From the NCBI GenBank assembly GCA_000934665.2, contig KZ538215.1, positions 1 through 64,000 of the forward strand: a stretch of DNA of 64,000 nucleotides, read 5' to 3'. The notes under the pieces are model-generated. The model did no database searches. It was not told the origin of the DNA and saw only the letters and a program-made list of their open reading frames with translations. Made by a program: the position numbers and the translations under genes. The DNA is from Catajapyx aquilonaris (lineage: Eukaryota). The stretch's first letter is position 1. The number at the start of each line of letters is the position of its first letter. Below are positions 39,519 to 52,127 of the stretch, in pieces.

Positions 39519-41221
39519 GGTGCTTAGTGCCTGCAGACATGTTGTAAAGACACTGATTGCTCGACGTATTCATGTATCAACTGCTGCATTTCGGGAGTTT
39601 TCTCCACAACCAGATGAAGACCCAGATGACTCAGAATATCAGGAGCTCCAGCGGCAGTACCTCCAGTTAGATGGCACTGAGCATCATGTACTAGTAGTGC
39701 AGCCCTATATCAAATGGGGTCCAAAGAAGCGGTACCACACCACTCCAGACCTCATGCTGCAAGAATCTGTCTCTTTGATCCGCACACTATCTGGATGGAG
39801 TGTATTGGATCAAGTAACTATTGGGCTTACGCATATCGGAAAGAAGCAGGTGTTTGGCACTGGAAATCTCAACAGGCTGAGGGAGAGGGTGAAGAAAGAC
39901 CATCGCATTACTGCTATATTTGTGAGCATTGATATGCTGACTGGCTTGCAGTACCGGGAGCTGTCTGATCTATTCCATGTACGGATATATGATCGGTACA
40001 CCATAGTGCTGCATATTTTCACACAGCATGCACAATCACAGGAGGCCAAGATGCAGGTAGCTTTGGCAGAGATCCCGTACTTAAGGTCTCGGTTACGAGA
40101 TGCTGAGGGTGAAGTTGATAGGGCATCTGGAGCAGCATCATACACATCCGGATCAGGCGAGACATATCTTGAAGTTCAAAAGCGATTGTTGGCTGTGCGC
40201 GAGAAAAAACTGGTCACTGCTATTAAAAGTCTGAGGGCAAGACGGACATTGCTGCGAAGGCGCCGACAAAAGATGGATTTTCCTGTGGTGGCAGTTGTTG
40301 GTTACACAAATGCTGGGAAAACATCACTGATCAAGGCACTGACAGGGTCGGAGACCTTGGAACCTAAAGACTACCTCTTTGCAACCTTGGATGTCACTGT
40401 CCACAAGGGTCTTCTGGCATCTGCTCTGGAGGTGCTATACGTAGACACAGTTGGTTTCATATCCGACATTCCCACTGCTCTGGTAGAGGCATTCGTTACT
40501 ACACTGGAGGATGCAATGCTAGCTGTAAGTAACTGACTTATTTAATATACTACAGCAGAATCAGAACATGGGTACTGACAATTTAGCAATCAATCATGAA
40601 AGACTAGTGATGTCAGTGCCAATGTCCATTACTGGGCCTGTAAATTTCTAAAATTTTGTCTTGCAAAACCTAGGACTTGATCATCCATGTCCGTGACATA
40701 AGCCACCCAGACACAGTGTCCCAGGCTGAAAATGTGGACAAGACTCTTGAGAGCCTCCTGCAGGACCGCAAGGTACTAGAAAACACCATTGTGGTTGGCA
40801 ATAAGATTGACCTCTTGGACGGTGAACCCCCTGGTGACTTGATGACGGTGTCATGTGAAAAAGGTACTGGATTGGCTGAATTGAAGAACTGCATAGAGAC
40901 GGAGCTTCTGAGCCTAACCAACCGGATCAAAATGATCTTCAGGGTCAAGACAGGAGGCTCAGAATTCAGGTACTTATATTAAAGAACATTCTGAGAGGAG
41001 CAAATTTATTATTCACCGGTTTTTCTTGCACTTGGGTCACTCAGTTCCTTTGTTATTATAATCATACATTCTTCTTCAGTTGGCTGTACAAGGAAGCCGC
41101 AGTAGAAGACACAGCCCCCGATCCTTCGGACAGTCAATTTACATTTGTGAAGGTCATCATATCACAGTCAAATCTGGCCAAGTTTAAGCACCGTTTCGGG
41201 GGCGTGGACTACCAGGGCTGA
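39508..41221 (+). CDS. GTPBP6: GTP-binding protein 6 (HflX-family mitochondrial GTPase)
   Basis: Exons 39508-40524, 40674-40969 and 41080-41221. G1 GYTNAGKTS, G2 LFATLD, G3 DTVGF, G4 NKID; HflX N-domain motifs (FGTGN, IF.QHA.S.EAK.QVALAEIPY, SGETYLE); Arg-rich acid-free N-terminus; AATAAA at 41265. Confidence 0.95.
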
Positions 41222-42356
41222 TTTTTTTTCTTATTTTTTTTCTTTTTGTAGTCATCACATGGTTAATAAAGCAACTCTTTCGCACAAAATGTCTTTTGTT
41301 ATCAACAATCACATGAGTAGTTGGCAAAGTCATTAGTTTACGGAGGATGTGGGGAGATAACCTGCGTTATTCTGTAAAGATTTGCCACCTTTTATATAAC
41401 TGGCACTACAATATGAGTTTTGGTAAAAACCAAACCAACAGTAACGGTAAACAAGAGTTCTGAATACTTGTACAACAAGAATCACAAAAAAATAGAGGTC
41501 TACTATAATATTATGAAGGGGAAGCATTCAGATTGAAATCCCTAAGACTCATGTAGACTTTATAATTACCAATACATGCTATTGTTGTTTTTCACTCTCT
41601 ACCTTAATAATATTATAAACTTTGACAAAACCTTTCAACAGGGCACCAAAAAAAACAACAAGGTATGTGAATAAATAGACCGCTAGTAACTTAACGGTCC
41701 TCAGTAAACAGGGTAGGTGAGGCTGGATATGCAAAATAACTTTCTGCCACAATTCCAATAACTGCAACCACTCCAAATATGTACACAAATGCAAATTGTA
41801 ACAGAGGTGAGGCAATGATCACGAAAAGGAAAACTGATATCATGATTACTATACAGAGAAAATCGTTAAGCACAATAGGCTATTATGTGGTAGGTGTGTT
41901 GCAGGATAAGGGAGGCGAGGAGAAAAAATGTTCAGGTTCGGAGGAACTGGTAACCAGTGCAAAAATACATCTTTCCTCACTACCTTGTATTTTTTTCACC
42001 CCTCCCCAAAACCCCCACCACCCTGTCCTCTCTTTCACTGTCCTTTTCACATGCTCACGGCACTACTCAGATACTTTTTCAAGTCATTTTCACGCAGAAT
42101 ATTTTCTATGCCATTACTGTTGCACAATTTCCAGTTTCTTCTCAACAGTATCCTGAGCGTCATCAGAGGTTTTTCTTCCAAACGGTTTCACTTTCAAGCA
42201 TCAGCAAATTGTTATACTTTTCATTCCCACTTTCATATTTAGTGTGGTATACAGGTAACATCTTAAGGGCCTCTACAAACTAGGCAGATGGCACTGGGCG
42301 ATAAATTCGGATCCTCTCCCAACTGCCAAAATGATGCAACAAGATAAAAATATTCT

Positions 42357-45300
42357 TCATAGGATGCAACACTGCAAGGGAAAAAAAACACACAATTGGT
42401 TAGACAATTGGCTACCAGTGGAGCATATTTCCGATAGTTCATGCCGTGACATAACAGTGACACCCGCTGGGAAAGTTAAATCTAAAAAAAGAAGTCATTT
42501 TGCAAATTGATGGCCACTGACTTTTAAAACAGTTTCCAGCAACTGCCACTGTGATAATAATAATAGTAGTGTTTTAAGCAATGCACTGAGGGTATACTGC
42601 AATTATTCCTTTACATTACGGTCTCCAAAAAAAATATAAATAAATAAAAATATTCTCTAACAGCACCAATGGCCTAAGAAAAACACATCAATAGCTGTGC
42701 ATGTGCACTGGTAAATCTCAAATTTTATTGACACAATGTCTCCGACTTGGATGCACTTCTCTTTTGGTGCACCTCAGATGGCATTCACGATTTTGAGTTA
42801 GTCTTAATGCATGATTCACCAACTGAGCATGCTGCAAAGTAATAAAAATGTCACAATTTTAAATGAAAAAATTAAGGACATGCAAACATCACAAAGTAAT
42901 AAGTGAAAAAATTCTAGCTGTTTCTAGTATCGTTTGAGCCTTTTGTGGGACTTTATCCGTTAGGGTCTTAAAAAGTGGGATGTGCCAACTGACCCATGAC
43001 TTCCCAAAATAAGATCTGTAATTGCAAGTTACTTTGAAGAGTATGAAGAATAATCACGATTTTTGTTGCCCAATTTTTTCAACTGTTCTGATTAGAAGCA
43101 TTGGACACAGCATGCATGATACCCTCTTTTAACTATTTGTGCAGAGGTCAGCAATGATGCCTCAGTTCCGAAATATCACTTTCATGCTAATTAACATTTG
43201 CAAAAACATTCATCATATAATATCTGGCCTGCTATGAGTTTTCTGATTCAAAGTTCAAAGCCAAGAACTGTCAATTGGCATTTTCCCAATGGAAAAATTA
43301 AATAAATACAAAAGCTCAAAACCTGCACATGCATTTGAATACACACAATGAACTGCCTGATCACCCAAAAAAGGGGGAATAGAAAAGCTGGAAAAAGATC
43401 GTGGTCAAGATGTACCTAATGTCTCTCTAATCGAAAGCCGAAATCTTCCCCACAGACAACTCTACTTTTCCCTGAAGAAGAAGGAGAAGAAGGAGAAGAG
43501 AAGTTCTTCCTTCTCTTCATGCAGTTTCCTACAGCAATGAAAGGGAATTCCAAGAATAAAATCCCCATTAACTTCATTCAGTTCAGAGTTGGAGGAAATT
43601 ATTTTGGGGGAGATTCTTTGTAAAAAGAGGGCGACTAAGGTCAGGCATCATCAGGAAAACTTTACTGAGACAAATTTCTCCACTTGGGGTCAGCTCTGTC
43701 TGTATTCAAGTGCATCAAAATCACACTGTTTTGCTTTTCTGCTCATTTTTTTGGTAAAAAAAAAAGGAAACATTAAAATTTCCCCAGTCGAAACTGGAGA
43801 GTACCCAATCGCTGTGATGTGGAATGGAGAAATGTGCCAAAAAAGATCTCAAATGCGAGATGCCCAACACCAAACAGAGTCCATGACTCCTCTGCACAAG
43901 CCTTCCATTGTCACCAATGTACACTAAATATTAAATTGCTTCCATATAATAATTGTCCAAGATCTAGTTCTGCAAGTGCAAAGCAGTCATGAATCCAACC
44001 ACTTTCTCTCCAGTGTCAGACCTGCACGCAAAAAAAGGAACAGGGACAAGACCACTGACACAATTAGTAGTCAAGTCAGGTGCAGGTTGTGCTGGTAAAA
44101 TCCAGCCAAATATAGTCACATTCAAGAACTGCTGCATATTGCTCTCGGTGACATGGGTATGAGGTAGGTGATAGGTACGTCTATTGTTACTACTCTCTGT
44201 GAGCAAAAAATGCAGGGTGACTGAGAAATGACTAATTTGCAAGAATCAGGAATCGTTGTAAGTGCCCTTATTAACACTGCTTGAGATACCCTTCAGCATA
44301 CAAATGCACATTTGCAGAATAATTATAAAAATATTCATTTGGTCAGCATGTACGGATTGGTTGATTTTTTCATGTACACTACATCAAAAGACACCTGCAA
44401 TTTTGTTTTCAAATGGCACACCATAAGTTATGTCAATATAATTACTTATTTGTGATTCATGTAAAGTTTACCCATACAGTTTCACACAAAGGGAAGAATA
44501 TGTTGTCATAGGCTGAGAGGTCCTGCACATTCCATTATATGGTAAAGCCTCATTTGATTGTGCCAGTATTTCTGGTGAGTTACAATCTTTCCTCCAGAGT
44601 GTCAGCTCTCAGACATCCTGCAAGAGGGTGCTTTCAGGGATGGGGTCAAGGGAGGGTTCTTTTGTTCACTTACCGATCCCTTCTTGTCCCTCTCGCCCCG
44701 AGATGATCCAGATGATGATGATCCTGCCCCAAACCTTCTCTGGGGGCTCCCCCTTCCCTCCGCTAGTTCCCCACCCTGAGGCACACCCTGAGACGGACTC
44801 TGGCGACCCTGCTGCCCTCCTGGCTGCCCTCCTTGCTGTGGTGGCTGCCCCTGTACCTGCCCTTGCTGCTGCTGAGACTGTACCTGGCGCTCCTCCTCCT
44901 CCTGGAGCCGCCTGGCCAATTCCTCACTAGTGGGTAAGAACATGTACTTGTAATACTCTAAAATCACGACACAGTAGTGGGCAGTAAATGAGCTACTTGC
45001 AAGTTACATAGTTAAAAAAGGCTAATATGTAAATGAGTTATTAGTAATTCTGAGTGTGCACTTGGAACCTTACTGTAAATCAAAAAGAGACTTGAAATGT
45101 TTTTGCCTTATGTGTAAAATTACGAAGATAATTGAATGCATTTATCTTTTAATAATCTGCTTAGTAGTCATATCATTTGACCTCAGACCATAACAAATCA
45201 TTGATAAAATTTCCAGTGTTACTCTAGTGTTATTTAATATGGATAGAAAAAAGTTCACAATTTACATAAAAAGGGTAGGCAGGCAGGAAATAATCGGGGT

Positions 45301-48300
45301 GTACACCTCCATTTACATTAGGATGGCATACTCCATGCTCATTTTGGAACATATTTTTCTCTAACTACTGGAAAGGTTATGTTACTGAAGTGAAACCACC
45401 CAACAGGTACCAGATGCACACTGAGGCCAACCTGTAAGATTAATACAGCTTTGCACAAGCAGTTACTCTCCAGCACTCCTTGATAGTAAGGCCGATTAAT
45501 GGAAGATGCCAAGGCAACTAAGGCCATAAGGCTATAAATTCAGGAAAGGGGGGGAAACAAACAGGAAGAGGGAAATGGATAGAGAAGTAGGGCAAAAATG
45601 TACATCTCTTTGAACATGATCCGCACCCTCTACTAAATTTTTTTCACCGTCTAACTCAGCGTTCTCAACCGGAATTCCTCGAAACCCCTGAGTTCTGCAA
45701 TAAAAAGCAAGGGGTTCTTCCAGAAATATTGATAATAGGCTAATCACATGTAGATAAATTTTTGGGTCATTCATTGATATACAAGAAATCCTTGGTCTAC
45801 GAACGGGGTTACGTTCCTGAAAATGTATGTAAGTACGTACTACGTAACTTGAATCCACGAGAAAAAGTGCATATATGCAGCACAAATATGTTGCTCCAAT
45901 AAACCGCTTACGTCATGTGTGTTCGTTTATACGCACAGAAGAACTTAGTGCCCCAATAATTTATTAATTATACAGTATAATATGTAGAGCTTGGTGTCGG
46001 TCAACATACACAGAAGTGATTCAAAGTGGATGGATAATAATTATAAATTATCCTACTGCGGAGCCTTGGAGGCCCGTTCGTAAGTACGAATCTCCATAAG
46101 TCGGGTTGTTCATAAACCGGAGACTTATGTAAGGGTTCCCTGAGACAAAAATGATTTCAATGGTTCTGCAAGGGTGAAAACCGCTGGTCTAGCTTATAAT
46201 TTTAGTAAAAGTGTCAAATTGTGAAGGGGCAAAGCTGGTGCATAAGCTAAACAAATCATTATCATAACATATATTATTGCCAGGCTGGGCGCAGAGTGCA
46301 CATGTAGAAGTCAGTGTTCATGATCATTTACATTGAGCCAACTCCAACCCCACTGGCTCTATGCAAAACAACCCCACCCATAAGAAAGCACAAGAAGTAA
46401 ACAAAATATCATGCAACACAATAGGTACACTTAGAGAGATTAAGACAGCCCAAAAACGTACTCGGATATGTCAGTGTCTGCACCCAACTGTTTACTCTTA
46501 AACTCTTCCCAGGCCATCTCCTTCTCCTGCTGCCTCTTCTGCTCTTCTTGGAGCGAGAGGGCAACCAAGTAGCTGCCAGGGGGAAAGGGATTATGTGGAC
46601 CATTTACAGGTGCCCTCTAGAGAAGTTTGTTGGAGTTCCAGGAAAGGAGGTGATATGAAGGGCAATGGAAAATATAACCATACATACTCATGATTTATTT
46701 GCTGCTCCTCTGTGGCTCCAGCAGGAAGGGGAGATAGGTCACTCTCTAGGACCTTGGGTGGAACGGTGACAAACTTCCCATCCACAAACTCACCATCACC
46801 TTCTATGTTTGACAGTGTCTCCCACACCACTTTTGTCTCACTCAGAAAGCCTTGGTCTGTCACAAGTTGAAACAGTTCATACTGCAATTTTAAATCAATC
46901 AAATTAAAAATAATATTCCATACAACTATTCACAACTTTACAATACCTGAGAGCATGAAATAATGTCAATAAAAATTTGCAGCTTAAGTTTACAGTCTTC
47001 GTAACCTGCACCATTGATCACTATCACCATAAACACAAGTGAACACCACCATGCTTTTAAAAGGAGTGACAGCATGTAGAGATGAACCAATGATTCCCTT
47101 TAATTGAGCTATGTTACCAAGCCACTAAGGCATACCAGAAGTACGTAACACAAAACCTCAGAAAAATCAACGAAATCTTTCTTCCTACATGATTTCCTTT
47201 CAAGTTCAGAGCTCATGCAGGTTTAATGAAAAATGCACTCCCATTTGCATTCAGATGTCATAAAGCTTCTTTGAAACACCAGACACTGATAGGCAGATGG
47301 TTCAGAAGTATGTGTTGCAGTAGGTGATAGACATTTATTTCTGGAAACCTGACAACATGTGCATAGCAGACAAGATATACATCCACATGAATTTTGTAAA
47401 GAATAATTTGCCATCACATAAGCAAAACTATCTGCAGACTTAAGTTGCAAAGATAACGAGGATGGAAGTACGTATAGTCCAATGTATTACTTTCTTGGCA
47501 ATTATATACACGTGGTACATCAACAATGGGTCAGTCATTCCTTTATGATGTGTGCAGTACCACTGTGATATGCGGTTAACACCACTCAATGATAGTTACC
47601 TTCCTCTTGAAGACAGTGCTGAAGTGATTGTTCCTAAAGAAGACGGCAAGCTCATCTTCCTTCATTGTAGACACAAGTTCACAGAGGCCATGATACGTTA
47701 GCTGAGATGCAGTCTTCTCCAAGAACTGCTCCGCAATCAAAGCTGCAAGAAAATTAATTCCTTCTTGTAATGGTCTGCAAACTCTACAGTTTCTGGCACC
47801 AAATGGACCTTGAAAGACTGGGCAAATCAAAGGGATATCACGAGTGTAACTATTTACTTGCTAATGCTCAGAGTAACTACTCAACAAGGAGTATTACAAT
47901 AATGGGCATTAGGTTACCTTCTGTGACTAGTTGTGTGTCTGATGAGCACTTGTTGGTAATGATCTTCTCCACCAATTGATTATAGCCAGTGGTTCCGACT
48001 GCCAACACTGCCTCTTCTCCCTGTGGATCCACAAGCCAGCCGTGGTACAGGGAGATGTTCAGGAGGTCAAATATTATACACTCAGGAGTGTACTCAAATT
48101 CTTGCACCCTGACGAAACAGAGAAACGGAAATAAGTAAAACTGGCCAGTAAATAATGTAAATTATAAAGTGTAATATTATAAGTAGGCAAAAAACAAATA
48201 AGCCCTTACCCAGTAAATTTTACGTTGACGTCAAGCCCAGTTTGTAGCTTAGGCAGGACGGACATGGCATCATTCATGTTCTGCTCAAAATTCAGCTGGA

Positions 48301-49639
48301 CTCCAGCAGAAATGTTCTAGAAGCATGATCAAGGGGTTTTCACAATTTTGCCCAAATTATCACAATTATTCAGTTTCCAGTGTATGCTCAGAGATTTGCA
48401 TAATTATTCTACCTTAACCAATCTAACTAATAACACAATTATTGTATTCAATGTCCTGTAATAATACAGCGAAAAAAAAATCCATAATGCATTACCACAT
48501 AAGCAATCACCCTATGCATTCAAAAAATTGCTGCTTTAAAAATGAAAGCATTATTAAAACACTCAGCTGAAAACATATTCCAGTAATTCCTTAGTTAATC
48601 ACAGTATTTTGTGCATGAGAAATATTTGCTAATATCAAGTGCATTGATTATAAAAATTTGCATCATCCCAAGTGCTGAATCCATGTCAGCAATCACTAGA
48701 CCATTTCAGTTTGTGATTGTCATATAATTATGTAACCCTAGTCCATTGTTAATGAAAGCAACGTAAGCCTGCATGATGTTGAAATACCATTAAGTGGCCA
48801 ATGAACCGTAAAAATCCAACATGATTCATCTACACATTTGCAAACTTTCCAATTATCATGCTCATGCAAAAGGTATAGGCTCTCTGCCTCCATACATGTA
48901 ATTCCTGTCCTTCTGTATGCAAATGTGGCTTAGATTTGGAAGGGAGAAAAATGTATGAAAGTGTCAGTTTTAAAAAAGTTGGCATTTTCGCAACATGTGC
49001 AAGATGAAGTCAGTAATTACTGACGCATTATTTTCTTCCTTGACATGCCATGACTAAAGATGTTTTGGCCAATTTATGCAATAATGTTGCTATTACCTTT
49101 GGTATGTTCTCAAGGATGGTGTTCCCAATCATCTGCAAGAGCTCGCTGGCACTGATGACCTCAAGATTCGGGGGCAGCTTGAGCTTCTCCCTAAGCAAAA
49201 GCACGTTGGTGATTGCTATAAGTGGGCATGGCCCATTCTCATTTTGAGTGATAATATGTGTTTGCTTGTCCTTCCACAAGATCTTCTTAACGTGGTGAAA
49301 TGGGGAGGACGAGGACAAGGAGGAGGAAGAGGGTGCAGCAGTCGTAGCTGAGGAGGATGAGGGCGACCCTCTTGGCTCAACAGCCATTGCCTCCGCTGCA
49401 TGCATTTCCTCCATCGTCTCTGCCACAATGCACTCGGCAACACTGTCCACCTGATTCTCTGCAACACTGGACGACACTTCCAGCACCACGCTGCTCTTGC
49501 CCTCTATGCCACTTTCTAGCATATTTGACCCACCCCCGGAGGTGCTCACACTTTCTTCAGACTTGTCACTGGCTCCTGCTTCTCCAGAGAAGCAGCCACC
49601 TGTGTCCATGGCTCCTGACACTGTGCTGCAGGAGGCCAT
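42357..49639 (-). CDS. MINDY1/2: MINDY-1/2 (FAM63A/B) K48 deubiquitinase
   Basis: Exons 49639-49097, 48316-48210, 48108-47918, 47742-47600, 46881-46688, 46572-46462, 44926-44674 and 42371-42357, all phases consistent. Catalytic QNENGPCPLIAI and FFRNNHFST; LYHGWLVDPQ; LVTDQGF; two MIU-like motifs (DYLVALSLQEE, DEELARRLQEEE); C-terminal CAAX CCIL. Likely non-coding exon 1 at ~51315-51480. Confidence 0.93.
45657..46186. mobile_element. hAT-type MITE containing a nested pogo-like element
   Basis: CAGCGTTCTCAACC...GGTGAAAACCGCTG with near-perfect 8-bp TSD GTCTAACT/GTCTAGCT. Confidence 0.75.
45782..46129. mobile_element. pogo/Tigger-like MITE nested in the hAT element
   Basis: TA-flanked; degenerate TIRs CAAGAAATCCTTGGTCTACGAAC / GTTCATAAACCGGAGACTTATG; repeated GTAAGT(A/C) subterminal motifs. 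Confidence 0.55.
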
Positions 49640-51479
49640 CGCTTTTAGTCACCGGTCTGAATTCAGATGAGTGGCCAGGACGGGAATGTCAAGTTCCTGG
49701 TGTCCTCACCACACTGCTCTAATTTAAAGTTAGATGACCTGCAATCAAAACCAGTTTTTTGTGCATTACAAAAAAGGATAGTACTGAAACTGTCCCTAAA
49801 ACACATGTCACAATATGCAAAATGTGTGTACACCTTATCAATCTAGTTGTCAAGCTCTGGCAGGAGTACACCCATATGCTAGCTACAGATATTGCTATTT
49901 CTAGTTACTGGCTGCTGACATCATAAGATAAAGTGTCGTACTAATGACGCAGAATGGGTATAACCAGCTATCACACACCGGAAGCCATCTCTCGCTCACT
50001 AAATACAAATAAAAATTCATTATAGCATTCTAGACATCAAATGCACTTAAAATATTAATCTCCGTGTCGTGGGATCCACCACCAAGTCCAAAAAACCAGT
50101 TTCGAGATAATCCAAGACAAAAATTCGATCTTGCACTTGTTTACATGCTAGTGAATACTGAAAATCCTGGCTTGCTGGCCCATTACGAATGGACTAAATG
50201 GACTTCACCTGACAACAGAGCAAGAAAAAGTGCAGTCTACACCGGATATAAGAGGAACCATGGAAATCAGTACCCTATGACTGAGGTTTCCTATATCCAT
50301 ACCCATAGGCCACATATGGAAGTATGATGGGACCAGCCTTTCTAGTTGGCAATAATTGAGGGTTGCTTATACCTGGGAGTCTTATATCCGGAGTCAACCA
50401 TATAAAAAACTTATAATCACCAAAATTAGGCAGCGGAATTTCCTCACATCCCAGCAACATTATGCCCATGCTGCCATCCACACACGCTAATTAACGACCA
50501 GTCTCCCACAAGTCCCACGACAATTCTTGAGGGTATATTGCAATTTTCTCTCTACTTGCAACCACATACGTGTTGTACTGTATCCCACCCACATTTTCTT
50601 TTGTATTCAGATGCTCTGTTTAATTGTTGAGTTTACAACGTTTGCTCACAACAACAGGTGACAGTGCATTCCATGCATTATGCTATCAAGCTCATGTTAT
50701 AATTTATTAGAAAGACTTGGGTCTTGGTGGCATGTACAAGCAACATCCCTGTATGTCAATGCACAACAACAAACTCGGAACAAAGTCGGAAGCTATTCCC
50801 AGGACTCGTCTATCAGCCTGACGTATCCTTCAGGCATCAACCAGAAGCAAGTTCACGATCCCTCGCATGTACAGTGCACATGGCCAACATTTCCTCTGCG
50901 CTGTTAGTGTCCAGCCTTGTCAGACCCATCCGCAGCACCAGTCGTGGCTTCCCCTTCCCCCACCTTTACTTCCAGCCCTAAATAACCCTTCTGGTGTGTG
51001 CAGCACCAAGGCCTCCCCACCAAAAAAACCAACCCCCCATTTCCCTCCCCCACCTCAAAAAACAATCCTAAAATGAGTCAGAGTCACACTTTGGGCATGA
51101 CTAACGATCCTCCCAGTGTGCCAAGGAGGGACGCTGCAGCAGTGATGCCCCCAGGAATGTCTCTTCCCCGCGACACCCTCTCCTGTCACCCCATACGCAT
51201 CACGGGTCACTTTTTCGGAGGAGACGTCACTTACCACCTTCGTCCCTCTCTCTCTAACCTTCGTCCCTCTCTCTCTCTCTCCATTTTTTCCCTCCCCCCT
51301 TCTTCGCAGCTCACCTTCACGCAAGCGCCTCCGAAAGGATCGCCAGCATGACTAGAGCAGTCGCCGACGATGACGGTGCGTCTGGGGGGGGACAGGAGGG
51401 AGGGGACGGTCGGCCGGGCGGCGGGGAAAGGCGGCGGCGGCGGCGACACTAGAATTCCAGCCAAAATAATTATGAGGAA

Positions 51480-51910
51480 AAAAATTCAGGGCCTGACCAT
51501 TGGAAGGGATGGGCCAATGTGACGTCATGTGACTGGAGGAGACGGGCTGCCATGGCTGCACGGCTACGGATAAATAGGAGGGTCGATTTTTGGAATTTTC
51601 CGGCGGGTAAAGCGGGCACGTAAAGCGTCGTCTGGAATCATGTCAACCTCAAAATTTAGAAAAATTTGACGTGTCTATGATGGACTATAAAATTGATAGG
51701 ATCATCGGAGAGGACGCCATGATTGATTGGGTACAGGCTATGGCGTTGTTAGCCATTGACTTCAATTTTTATGTCAATTGCATTTGTAAATCGCTGTGAA
51801 CTTTTTCCCTGTTAAAATCCTACTTTTCCTGAAAACACGGCAATAAAAGGAACGCACTTTCCTTGTAATAAATTCAGACGCGCCCTTCCAACTTCAAACA
51901 TGGCCGCTTG
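51480..51910. promoter_or_regulatory. putative bidirectional promoter (MINDY / ATG4)
   Basis: CpG-rich; CCAAT (51514), overlapping TGACGTCA and GTCATGTGAC (51520-51533), YY1-like AACATGGCCGC (~51897). Confidence 0.6.
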
Positions 51911-52127
51911 CTTAATTGACCTTCAATATTGAAGGACCCAAAAATCCAGGGCCAAAGAGCCAGTGGTCCACTTGGCTGTTCGCCTTCAGGAGGTCAGGGG
52001 CTGCTCCGACCCGGTGGCCAAGAGCACCCGCCGATATCTGCAGTGGATTTAGAAAAGGACGCACTAGTTCTACTGACCTACTTACATCACTTGACTTTTC
52101 AAGGCAGAAAATAAGAAATCATGTGCG

